This document shows positions 39,165 through 51,099 of a stretch of DNA of 61,888 bases, in pieces. The notes beneath the pieces are model-generated. The model did no database searches and was not told where the DNA came from. It saw only the letters and a program-made list of their open reading frames with translations. Position 1 is the stretch's first letter, and every line of letters starts with the position of its first letter. The DNA is from Malacoraja senta. Lineage: Eukaryota. A program made the position numbers and the translations under genes. The stretch covers positions 1 through 61,888 of the forward strand of contig JAXLNO010004393.1 of the NCBI GenBank assembly GCA_038087875.1, in the 5' to 3' direction.

Positions 39165-39473
39165 CTTCTAGAGCTCCACAGCTCACCCCCCTTGTTCCAT
39201 CTCCGGAGGTTCTCCACAATCAAACAATTGCTGTCCTAGGCTGCATGATATCCGGATTCTCTCCTGACAATATTAAAGTTTCCTGGAAAAAAGCTGGACT
39301 TAATCAAGCGGGTGTAATTCTCCCGTCCACTGCGGGAACTAACGGTGGATTTGAAACAGTTGCTTACCTGCCGTTGCGTGTTGAGGAATGGACCAACAAA
39401 CAGGAATATACTTGTGAAGTGACGCACGCGCCTTCCGGCTTCAGTGACAGGATCAACATGAGATATCAAGAGG
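39165..39473 (+). CDS. IgW: IgW CH2 exon
   Basis: TTGCAG| SRAPQLTPLVPSPE...LGCMISGFSPDNIKVSW...EEWTNKQEYTCEVTH...RYQE G|GTGAGT. Confidence 0.93.
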
Positions 39474-39839
39474 GTGAGTGGTCTCTGTTAATTTACTTAC
39501 AGTATTAAACAATCTTACTGACATTTCCACCAAATTCCTGTCCCTGAGATCAGTCCTGTTGCGATGTATTATGTTCAGATTTGGCTTTTTGTAATTTAAG
39601 CCAATGCTTTCCATCAGTAATTCTAACTCGTTCTACAGGACATGTAGAGAGGAAGGTCACCAGTGTGTTTACTCTCACTCCTCTGGTTGCCTTTGTGTGC
39701 AGTGGTAAGAAAAATGGGACAGTGAATAAACCACCGGTCCCATTCGATATCTGGAGAAGATCTCTCTTCCCTTCTCACTGTCTTCTTTGTGTTAGTTTGT
39801 CCAAATTCATCTTTTTCCACTGTTTCCTGAGTGTTCTGT

Positions 39840-40685
39840 GTAGACAATAGGTGCAGGATTAGGCCTTCGAGCCAGCACCGCCATTCAATATGATCATGGT
39901 TGATCATCCCCAATCAGTACCCCTTTCTTGCCTCTCCCCATATCCCCTGACTCCGCTGTCTTTAAGAGCCCTATCTTGCTCTCTCTTGAAAGTATCCAGA
40001 GAACCGGCCTCCACCACCCTCTGAGGAAGAGAATTCCACAGACTCACAACTGGGAGAAAAAGTGTTTCCTCATCTCCGTTTTAAATGGCTTACCCCTTAT
40101 TCTTAAAATATGGCCCCTGGATCTGGACTCCCCCTACATCAGGAACATGTTTCTTGCCTCTAGCGTGTCGAAACCCTTAATAATCTTATATGTTTCAATA
40201 AGATACCCTCTCATCCTTCTAAACTCCAGGGTATACAAGCCCAGCTACTCCATTCTCTCAACATATGATAGTCCCGCCATTCCAGGAATTAACTTGATGA
40301 ACCTACGCTGCACTCCCTCAATAGCAAGAATGTCCTTCCTCGCATTAGGGGACCAAAACTGCACACAATACTCCAGGTGTGGTCTCACTAGGGCCTTGTA
40401 CAACTACAGAAGGACCTCTTTGCTCCTATACTCAACTCCTCTTGTTATAAAGGCCATCATGCCATTCGCTTTCTTCACTCCCTGCTGTACCTTCATGCTT
40501 ACTTTCATTGACTGATGAATAAGGACCCCGAGATCCCATTGTACTTCCCCATTTCCCAACGACCCAATTTAGATAGTAATCTGCCTTCCTATTTTTGCTA
40601 CCAAAGTGGATAACCTCACATTTATCCACATTAAATTGCATCTGCCATGCATCTGCCCACTCACCCAACCTGTCCAAGTCACCTG
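39840..40685 (-). mobile_element. CR1 3' fragment in the CH2-secretory intron
   Basis: Same family as the other CR1 copies. Confidence 0.85.
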
Positions 40686-40915
40686 TAGATTGCCCTTTCA
40701 TTGAAATGTCAGTGCCCTGGATTATTTTTGAACTCATCTCCACCCTCTTTAAAGTGTTGTCTGATCCTGGACAAAGTGAAGCAGTTTATTGTGGTCGGCA
40801 TAATCTCATGCTGATAAATACTGAGGACACAGACTGGGAATATGTGGATCTCCTGTTTCCTCAACACAGGAGGTGAAAATCTCTTAACAGAAATCAATGA
40901 ATCTTCCATTTCCAG

Positions 40916-41043
40916 GTGGAGAATGTCCCGGCTGTTCGAAGTGTCTGCCAAAGTTCTTCTACCAGAGTAATCTCAATGTGACATTCTCAGATGGTTCTAC
41001 CCGGCAGTATCATTGTTGGGCAGGAAAGTGTGAAATAAAGTAA
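40916..41043 (+). CDS. IgW: Cysteine-rich short secretory tail exon (IgX/IgW-short type)
   Basis: TTCCATTTCCAG| GGECPGCSKCLPKFFYQSNLNVTFSDGSTRQYHCWAGKCEIK*. 42 aa, 5 Cys, phase 1. Resembles the Cys-rich C-terminus of skate IgX as I recall it; not database-checked. Confidence 0.88.
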
Positions 41044-43264
41044 TTGGCTGCGTATGGAATTTGTCATTCTATTATTACAACCCATTTATAAGATTCAAAT
41101 CCAACCCCTGGTATCCATTGGGATCAAAGTGTACCAGAGTGGGGGGAATACCCAATTCAAGCTGCCTCCCTCTCCCCTCCACGTTGCCTGTATGTTCATT
41201 CATTTGCAGACATTGCTGCTTCACATCCCAGTGCCACTGGCCAGATTTCTTCATGCTCAGACTCTAGTCAGCAAGGACCACCCAGAGATCGCAAGGCAGG
41301 AGATGTTTAAGGTGAACGGTGTGAAATGTCAAAGTGGCTCAGTAAAAAATTGGGTGACCCTATAATAAAGGCAAACTGGTGAGGCAAGATCCAGGGCTCT
41401 AACCGCTCTCCTGTCCTATACTGGCTTTGGGTGAAAACTGTGGTTAGCACAAATTGCCACAGATTTATTAACCCACCTCCCGGACACAGACCTGAGTCCA
41501 AAGGAGAAACTCAGGGAATGCAAGGAATGGACTGTTTGGTTATAATCATCCAAGGATAAGCAAGACAAAATGTCTCTTGTGGAAGATACTAAAATTTTAC
41601 AGCATGGAGAGTATCCATACTCTGCCAGGTTTCATATGAGGCGATATCCCCCCGACACCGCGATGGTGGAACTACACGACTGTCACTGATATGGGACGGG
41701 ATTTGCATCTTGCAAACACACATGTTAAACAATATCACATTGCTGATTAAAACAAGATTCACAAAGCAAGAACATTGTACACGGTTAAACTAGGCTTACA
41801 AATTTCTGATGACACTGCAACAACTGTCATCCACACTAATATCACGCACAACTATTTTTGAAAGGAATTTGCTCGCCATTTTGCTTAAAGAATGAGGGGT
41901 TGTGAAATAGACAACATCTTACATTGACAAATGTTATGTCTCCTGTCAGACAGACATTGTGTATGACCTCTGCATTCTACGCAGCTGAAGGCTTTAATCT
42001 CCAGGCTCACTGAAAGTTTCAATTCTGACACAAACGTAATCACCCTCCACAATAAGTGCTTGAGAGCAAAAACAGCTCATGTGGTCCAAGTGACTGAGTG
42101 TGTAAACAGTGCCCACACGAGAGTGAGCTGAGTGCAACTAGACTCATATTGCTGCTTCAGAAGACAAGTGGCAGTGCAGGTCAGTCATGGGCAATGAATG
42201 AATAAATCATTCTCTTCCTCGCCCAATGATTCTGAAATGGGAAAATACATCTAATGCAGAATTTCATCCCAATTTGCAGCAGCAGGAGGGGGACCTTGAT
42301 ACTTCTAACCATTTATGATTTGCTCTGCTGTCGCTAGAGAGTCAGCCACTAATTTATTTCAGATAGTTTTTATCAATTACTGAAACGCCTCAAAGTCTTC
42401 ACTGGAGCACAGTCACACTAAACTGACACTAGTCTGTAGCCATTTTGTTACAGGTGTGGAGTTGCGTACTGGCCAGAACATATATGATGACACATTCCCT
42501 TCCATGAAGTGCAGCAGTGAACTATCAACATGCGTCACCACCAACGGAAGCGTTTTACATCAGAATGCATTTATTAATAGAATTGAAATTCCCAGATCAC
42601 GGGTTGGAATTTGGAGCTCATGTCACCAGATCGACAACTCCTGGATTCACATTTACCATCATTCCTCATTTCAAGGAGGAGAGATGGGATCTGCTGAGTG
42701 AGTTTTGGTGCTTGTGGGCAACATTGCAACGTGACACAGCAAGTGGTACAAAGGTGAAAGGAGTGCAGGCTTACGAGTGCCCAGAGTTGGAAGAATGACA
42801 CCTTTACTGAAGGTTGTGTTTGTGGTGAAGGTTTCAGAGATGGTGAGATACATGGTCAGAGTAAGGCTGCGATATCAGCATGTGACATTCTTAAACTGAG
42901 GGAATCCCAGGCTTGGCCCACAGGGAGAAAAGTTGCTTTTCTCATTCATGTTGCTCAGTATTACTAATCGATGCTGCAGAGGTTCCAAGCAAAGCACATG
43001 TCAAATTGTGCCCCTGTAATGTACCAGCTGATAATGTTGATGGGAAAGAGAGTCAAATCCCAGTTGACGGCTCCTTTGTACTGTTTTTTTCAGTCAAAAT
43101 ACCCAACCTGTTATTTCACACAAATTTTTCTGCTATTCTGTTTGCAATAATCTAGCCAGTGTATAGTTTGATCTGCCATTGATCAGTCTTTTATGTGATG
43201 ACATAAACATCTTAAAGTTCTTTTATAAGACACCTGTTTGGATTTCTGCCCTGGCTTTCCATAA

Positions 43265-43605
43265 AGAGCCTGAGCCACTTACGCAATTTTTTTCAGCGAC
43301 TGCCAGCACCTGTCATAGTCGCAGCAGGTCGCTGAAAATGTTTAACATGTTGAAAATTCAGCGGCGACCAGAAAGATGCTACGACTCTTTGGGCGACTGA
43401 GGAGATTACTCACGACCATACAGGCCACACCCTGACAACATGTCGCAGAGTGAAGCCTGTATGGTCGTGAGTAGTCGCCCAATGAGTCGTACCTTGTTCT
43501 GGTCGCCGTTGGATTTTCAACATGTTGAACATTTTCGGTGACCTGCAACGACCTATGACGGGTGCCAGCAGTCGCCGAAAAAGTCACGTAAGTGGGACGG
43601 GCCCT
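43265..43605. mobile_element. Palindromic Harbinger-family MITE
   Basis: Whole element is an imperfect inverted repeat with the same TIR as 28590. TSD not resolved. Confidence 0.8.
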
Positions 43606-43661
43606 TTAGTAACAGATGAGTCTCAACTAAAATTCTGAACTTTTCCATTTCTGATCCACAG

Positions 43662-43964
43662 TATTGTCCGTCTTCATTCAAAATCCTGGCATGAAAGAGA
43701 TTTGGATCAACAAGACCGCTACGCTGGTATGTTCAGTGATCTGTAGTGATCCGAGCCAGGTCCATCTCACCTGGAAGGTGGGAGGAAAGGAGAGAAGTAA
43801 AGGAGTTGTGTCCCGTACACCAAGCCATGAAGGCACCCGAAACCCAGTGATCAGTGAACTCCGGACCAGCGTGGAGGAGTGGACCAGCGGGGTGGAGTTT
43901 GTGTGCTTCGCCCAACAATCTTCATCATCCTCACCAGTGTCAGCGCGGACCAACCATAACAAAG
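43662..43964 (+). CDS. IgW: IgW CH3 exon
   Basis: CCACAG| LSVFIQNP...IWINKTATLVC...LTW...EEWTSGVEFVC...NHNK G|GTGGGC. 303 nt. Confidence 0.92.
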
Positions 43965-44014
43965 GTGGGCAACAGATCAGTGATTAAATGGCCGTGACAG
44001 AGAGAGAGAGAGGG

Positions 44015-44478
44015 TACAGAGGGGATTTACAAGGATGTTGCCAGGGCTAGAGAGCTATAGGGAGAGGTTGAGTGGGCTGGGACCCTATTCCTTGGAGCGT
44101 AGGAGGATGAGGGAATATCTTATTGAGGTGTATAAAATCATGAGAGAAATAGATTGGATAGATGCACAGAGTCTCTTGCCCAGAGTAGGTGAATTGAGTA
44201 CCAGAGGACATAGGTTTAAGGTGAAGGGGGAAAGATTTAATAGGAATCCGAGGGGTAACTTTTTCACGCAAAGGTTGGAGGATGTATGAAACAAGCTGCC
44301 AGAGCAGGTAGTTGAGGCAGGGACTATCCTAACATAAAAAAAACAGACAGGGACAGGTTTGGAGGGATGGGGACCAAACACGGCAGATGAGACTAATGTA
44401 ACTGGGACATGTTGGCCAGGGTGGGCAAGTTGGGCTGAAGGGCCTGTGTCCACACTGTATCACTCTATGACTCTATGA
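44015..44478 (+). mobile_element. CR1 3' fragment in the CH3-CH4 intron
   Basis: LGPYSLERRRMR motif and (CTCTATGA)n tail. Confidence 0.85.
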
Positions 44479-44510
44479 GAGAGTTTAACATTTATTTTCC
44501 TCTGTTCCAG

Positions 44511-44828
44511 TTGTGCCCAAAAAACCTGAAGTCAGACTGCTGCTTCCAGCACACGAAGAGACCAAGCGTAGCCACAAGGTCACCCTCGAGTGTGTTGTCT
44601 CTGGATTCTACCCGGACCTCATCAACGTCACTTGGAGTAAAGATGGTGCCCTGATCTCCAACAACACCAGTGCTGCACCAACTGCTCTGGAGCAGGGGGG
44701 AACTTTCAGTGCCAGCCACTTCCTGACCACGAGTACAGAGGATTGGGAGTCAGGCTCACACTTCAAGTGTACAGTGCATCATCGCGCCTCCAACACCATC
44801 ATCACGAAGTATGTGAAGAACATCCAAG
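44511..44828 (+). CDS. IgW: IgW CH4 exon
   Basis: TTCCAG| VPKKPEVRLL...TLECVVSGFYPDLINVTW...DWESGSHFKCTVHH...NIQ G|GTAGGC. 318 nt. Confidence 0.92.
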
Positions 44829-45826
44829 GTAGGCTCCTGGGATTCACTCCATTCTCCACATTGTAAACTGTACCACACATGGGCAACACTGTAACACGGT
44901 GCAGTCCTGTTATGGGCTTGTAAGTGAGTCTGGCCACAGAAATAATTGTATCTTTGATATTACTTTAGTAACTTGAGGGCAATCCAAGCCAGTCGACAGG
45001 CCAGACACGGTGGAGATCCACGATACTCTTCTTCAAAACGGTCTTTCCCTCTGCCTTTGTACTTAATGTGAGCGGGTGCCTCGGCTGTGACAGAGTGTCC
45101 AGCAGAGCAGATCTCTCCCTGCCCCAGCGTGGCAACAGTCAGTCTGGGCAATGTGTAGCAGCCTCTGGGACAGGCCGGCTGCAACACACAACATTCTGAC
45201 AAAGCAGCAGGAGAGTTTAGTTACACCTCATGGATACAAACTGCATTTAAACAGTTGTGACTAAATGAAAGGACACAAAGTGCTGGAGTAACTCAGCAGG
45301 TCAGGCAACATCCCTGGAGGACATGGGGAGGTGAGGTTTAGGGTCGAGACCTTTCATCATCCTACTCCGGACCACTCACGACTAAATAACATAATGCCGC
45401 TGCTTCTAATTTATAATATAAAGTGAAGAACTTTCCGCTGACTGGTTAGTACGCAACACAAGCTTTTCACTGTACCTCGGTACACGTGACAATAAACTAA
45501 ACTGAACTGAACATTTTGACCTCAAACATTAGCTTGATTTGCCTCTCCTCAGAGGGAATTTCATACATTTGATTCAGTAAATAGCTGGTAACAGGTTCAA
45601 TGATCACAAAACTGTCAAATAATGTAAAAGTCAACTTGTTAATTCACATTGTTTAGCAAGGTTTCCTTGTGGGATCAATAGGAATCTTCATTCCTACACC
45701 AATGTAGATAAATCTCCCTGATGTTGATGGGACCGGCATATCATTCGGTGGAGATGAACACAAAATACTTCAGTGGCAAGCTGCTCCATCAGGGAACGAT
45801 GACATAATAATTGTGATTTCTCCCAG

Positions 45827-46147
45827 ATGACTGTTCAGATACCCGCCTCTCGGTCACTTTAAGCAAACCTTCCTTCGAAGAGATCTGGATCAACAAGACA
45901 GCCACCATTCTGTGTAAGGTGGTTCACAGTGATTTAGAGGGATTCAGGGTAACCTGGAAAGTGAATGGAATGAAGAGAGAAGACGGGGTGACAACTCGTG
46001 GTGCAGAGAGGATCGGAGGTGCACACACCATCACCAGCGGACTGACGGCCCCCGCTGCAGAGTGGGAGAGTGGGGCTCTGTACACCTGTGTGGTGGAGGA
46101 CAAGAGTTTGCCAACACCGGAGAGCAGATCCTTGGAGAAGCCGACAG
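45827..46147 (+). CDS. IgW: IgW CH5 exon
   Basis: TTCTCCCAG| DCSDTRLSVTLSKPSFEEIWINKTATILCKV...VTW...EWESGALYTC...KPT G|GTACGT. Confidence 0.92.
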
Positions 46148-46317
46148 GTACGTGTGGACAGAGGTTGGTGTGAGTCTGATCTGAGCAAATGGACAGATTT
46201 ATCACATCCAGCCTGGGTGAAGACATTTCTCCCCCTCTCACACCTTCACCTCAGACTGTCATCTCCTGGCCTGGATTCTCCAATATCTGAAACATTCTTC
46301 CTCTGCCTCACTTGTTC

Positions 46318-47530
46318 ATAGAAACATCAGAAAATAGGTGCAGGAGGAGGCCATTCAGCCCTTCGAGCCCGCACCGCCATTCATTGTGATCATGGCTGAT
46401 CGTCCCCAATCAATAACCCGTGCCTGCCTTCTCCCCATAGCCCTTGATTCCACTAGCCCCTAGAGCTCTATCTAACTCTCTCTTAAATCCATCCAGTGAT
46501 TTGGCCTCCACTTCCCTCTGTGGCAGGGAATTACACAAGTTCACAACTCTCTGGATGAAAACGTTTTTTCTCACCACAGTCTTAAATGGCCTCCCCTTTA
46601 TTCTAAGACTGACCCCCTGGTTCTGGACTCGCCCAACATTGGGACCATTTTTCCTGCATCTAGCTTGTCCAGTCCTTTTATAATTTTATATGTTTCCATA
46701 AGATTACCCCCCTCATCCTTCTAAACTCCAGTGAATACAAGCCTAGTCTTTTAAATCTTTCCTCATATGACAGTCCCGCCATCCCAGGGATCAATCTCGT
46801 AAACCTACGATGCACTGCTTCAATGACAAGGATGTCCTTCCACAAATTAGGAGACCAAAACTGTATGCAATACTCCAGATGTGGTCTTACCAGAGCCCTA
46901 TACAACTACAAAAGAACCTCTCTATTCCTATACTGAAATCCTCTTGTTATGAAGGCCATTAGCTTTCTTCACTGCCTGCTGTATCTGCACGCTAACTTTC
47001 AGTGACCAGTGTACAAGGACACCCAGGTCTCGCTGTACTTCCCTCTTACCTAACCTAACCCCATTGAGATAATAATCTGCCCCCTTGTTTTTGCCACCAA
47101 AGTGGATAACCTCACATTTATCTATATTATACTGCACTTGCCACGCATCTGCCCACTCACTCAACCTATCCCGGACACCTTGCAACCTCCTAGCATCCTC
47201 TTCACAGTTCACACTGCCACCCAGCTTTGTGTCATCTGCAAACTTGCTAATATTGCTCCTAATTCCCTCTTCCAAATCATTAACATATAATGTAAACAGT
47301 TGCGGCCCCAACACCGAGCCTTGCGGCACTCCACTCGCCACTGCCTGCCATTCTGAAATGGACCTGTTCACTCCTACTCTTTGCTTCCTGTCTGCCAACC
47401 AATTTTCTATCCACGTCAACACCCTACCCAATACCATGTGCTCTAATTTTAGTCACCAGTCTCCCGTGCGGGACCTTATCAAAGGCTTTCTGAAAGTCTA
47501 GACACACTACATCCACTGGCTCCCCTTCAT
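46318..47530 (-). mobile_element. CR1 RT 3' fragment in the CH5-CH6 intron
   Basis: Antisense [11 protein letters not shown] and FADDTKL. Confidence 0.88.
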
Positions 47531-48574
47531 CAATCCGGTTAAGAATTTAATAGTTTCTCTCAAATTCCTTTGGATTTTTCTGAACTCCAGTTGATATCTA
47601 ATGGATATTGGGTGGACTTACAGATGGTCAGAGAGTGTGAGGGAGCAAAAGAAGATTAAACTCAGCTGATTAACCACATCATTAAAATCCCAAGTCACCA
47701 CGACAGCCTCGCCCAAAACCACACTTGTTCCCACAGTGTGAGCTGCTTAGACAGAGTCGAGGGAGAGGGATTTGCAGCTTTCACAAGCTGAGATACAGAC
47801 TGAGTCAGGACTGGAAGGGCAGGGAGCTTGAGGCAAAGTCCAGCAGATCATTTAAGCAGAAGGGGAGATGACACAGACAGCGCAGGACCAGGCTGGTCCA
47901 AGGACTGAGTTCCACTTTCTGTAGAGTCTCAGTATTCAGTGGTTCCTGTTGATTAACTTAGCAATTTAAACTCACTGGAAGCTATAGTTCAGTTTAGTTT
48001 AGAGATACAGTGCCCTTCGGCCCATCAAGTCCGGGCCGACCAGCGATCCCCACACACTAACACTACCCTGCACATACCAAGGACAATTTACAATTAAACC
48101 AAAACAATTAGCCTACAAACAATAGACAATAGACAATAGGTGCAGGAGTAGGCCATTCGGCCCTTCGAGCCAGCACCGCCATTCAATGTGATTGTGGCTG
48201 ATCATCGCCAATCAGTACCCCGATCCCGCCTTCTCCCCATATCCTCTGACTCTGCTATCTTTAAGAGCCCTATCTAGCTCTCTCTTGAAAGTATCCAGAG
48301 AATCGGCCTCCGCAGCCCTCTGAGGGAGAGAATTCCACACAACTCTCTGTGTGAAAAAGTGGTTTCATCTCTGTTCAAAATGGCTTATCCCTAATTCTTA
48401 AACTGTGGCCCCTGGTTCTGGACTCCCCGAACATCGGGAACATGTTTCCTGCCTCTAACGTTTCCAAACCCTTAATAATCTTATGTTTCATTCAGATTCC
48501 CTCTCATCCTTCTAAATTCCAGTGTATAGAAGCCCAGCCGCTCCATTCTCTCAGCATATGACAGTCCCGCCTTA

Positions 48575-48740
48575 CAGAGAACATGTACGTTTTTGGAGTG
48601 TGGGAGGAAACCTGAGCACCTGGAGAAAACCCACGCGGTCACATACAAACTCCATACAGACACCACCCATAGTTGGGATCAAACCCATGACTCTGGCATT
48701 GGAGGCAGCAATTCTACCGCTGTGCCACCATGCCGCCCTG
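48575..48740 (-). mobile_element. tRNA-derived V-SINE (HE1-like)
   Basis: GGCGGCATGGTGGCACAGCGGTAG head and GGTTTTCTCCAGGTGCTCAGGTTTCCTCCCAC V-domain on the minus strand. Confidence 0.75.
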
Positions 48741-48933
48741 TAAAATGCACCAGAGGCATGATTTCTCTTCCACATATCCCTACAATGAGCAGAAAGGAAC
48801 AGCCTTTAGTTTCAGGTGAACTGAGGTCCCTCAGGATGTAAACGGTGTCCATGTCAGTATAAGATTGGAATGTATTGGGTAAGTACAGAATTACTGACAG
48901 ATTCAGTCTAACTCAGGTTCTCTCTGTTCCCAG

Positions 48934-49319
48934 ATGGAGTTGAGAGTCGTCCTCAAGTCTACCTCCTCCCCCCTTCATGGGATGAGGTGGAGATGGATGA
49001 GACGGCCACCTTGACGTGCCTGGTCACCAGATTCTCTCCTGCAGACATCTATGTGGCCTGGATGGCCAACGACACCCTTCTGAAGACAGGGATCGTGAAC
49101 CAGCCCGTGACCAAAGACACCAGGAATGGGTGGAACACCATGACCAGTCAGTTGAAGGTTTCTCCAGAGGAGTGGAACAGTGGCACCACCTTCTCCTGTG
49201 TTGTGGGACACGGGTCCATCACAACCAGCCTATTTAGAAGCATCAATAAATCTCACAACAAACCCACCCTGGTCAATGTCTCACTTGTTCTGGCTGACAG
49301 CTTTAAATCTTGTGTGTAA
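48934..49319 (+). CDS. IgW: IgW CH6 exon with secretory tailpiece
   Basis: TTCCCAG| GVESRPQVYLLPPS...LTCLVTRFSPADIYVAW...EEWNSGTTFSCVVGH...NKPTLVNVSLVLADSFKSCV*. N-glycan site and penultimate Cys as in IgM/IgNAR tails. Confidence 0.94.
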
Positions 49320-49611
49320 CATGATTCATTTCTCAAACATTTGTTTTGTTCATGTCTGGATTTGTTAACTGACCCAGAGGATGATGGGTTAGTTCCCTAA
49401 TACATCATCAAAATGTGAAACTTTGTAAATCATTAAAAACAAAATTCCGCACGAGATACAAATTAAGCCACAGCCATGATTCACCAGAAATGTCTGAGCT
49501 TCTGGATACATTTACAGAACTTTTTCTGCCATGCTTGAACAGATTTCAACCATGTATGGGATCACACGATGTATTAAATCTATGTATGTGTCAATGTACC
49601 AATACAAGATC

Positions 49612-49617
49612 AATAAA
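49612..49617 (+). terminator. Poly(A) signal of the long secretory mRNA
   Basis: AATAAA about 290 nt after the stop, followed by a GT-rich tract at 49630-49670. Confidence 0.7.
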
Positions 49618-51099
49618 TGTGATGTGAAAAAGGTTTTGTGTGCGTGTCCTTGACTGGTGTGTTTTGGGTGGGAGTACATGGGTAGCTTGGGATGTGAGGT
49701 GTGCACATTCTAGGAGAAGCACATTCTGGGAGAAATAGGTGTTGTTGGATCAACGTGTCCAAAACCTTCCACCATTGGGTGTTCTCACACCCACGCCTGG
49801 ACCAGTTGAAGACAGAGATTGATTGTGGTCGTTGGTCGTTAACTCCATTATCACTGTGCCATGTGACCGTCAGGGTGACACAAGGTGATCTGATTGGACC
49901 ATGGTCTTTCCTAGCCCAGCTGTGACAATGTACCTGATGCAAGCTCCCACACGGCAAACCAAATCTGGCCAGATCGCCTGCGTCAGGTAGTCTTTGCTTT
50001 CTCCCTCTTTCCCCTCCCCTTCCCAGCTCTCCCACAGCCCACCTGTGTTTAGCTGTTTGGTTTCAGGATAAATATTAGCTCAGGACTCTGAGCAGAACTC
50101 TCGTGGTCATGTCGTGGCATTGCTGACATCTACCTGAGAAGCACCTCCTTAAAGCCTCATCCCAAAGACAGCAGCTTTCATGAGGTGACATTGCTCACCA
50201 CTGAGCCACACATGACATCTGTGTCTAACAAGGGGGATGGTTGTTTGAGGAGTCTCTGTCCTCAGTGGGTGTGCACGGATGATGTTGAATAAAAGAGACA
50301 ACTCATCATTGGTAACTCTTCTATTCCAATGTTACAATTAAACATCTGCCTGTCGGTGCTTAAAGTAAATCAGTTCTTGAATCTGCTGCTACGTGCTTTC
50401 AAGCTTCTTGTATCTTCTGGAGAGGGGAGTAGAGCCAATGACTGGGATGTGAGGGTTCCTCGATGATGTTGGCTGCTTTCCTGAGGCAGCGTGAAGTGTC
50501 GATGGTGGAAGGAGTAATGGTCTAGGGTGGGGGTTGCAATGCCCATTGTGTAGGCCGAGGGTTGTTTAGTTTAGTTTATTGTCACGTAGACCGAGGTACA
50601 GTGAAAATGCTTTTTGTTGCATGCTAACCAGTCATTCCACCAGGGAATAATGTTTTGTGCTAGGTAATGTCCGATTATACATAGTGCGAGGGTCTCCAGT
50701 GAGGTAGGTGATAGCTCAGGACTGCGCTCTAGTTGGCAAGGGGATGGTTCAGTTGCTTGATAACAGCTGGAAAGAAACTGTCCCTGAATCTGGAGGTGTG
50801 CATTTTCACACCTATACCTTTTGCCTGATGGGAGAGGGGAGAAGAGAGAGTGGCCAGGGTGCGACTTGTCCTTGATAATGCTGCTGGCCTTGCCGAGGCA
50901 GCGTGAGATGTAAATGGAGTCAGTGGAAGGGAGGTTAGTTTGTGTGATGATCTGGGCTGCAACCACAATTTGCTGTCATTTCTTGGATGGAGCTGTTCCC
51001 AAACCATGCCGTGATGCATCCTGATAAAATGCATTCTATGGTGCACTAAAATTAAATACCAATAAAGAATTGAACAGCATGTAGTTTTATTTGTGTTAA

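Noticed and set aside
47732-47759. CACAGTG as a cryptic RSS in the CH5-CH6 intron
   Set aside because: Best nonamer ACAGAGTCG matches only 5/9 and lacks the A tract.
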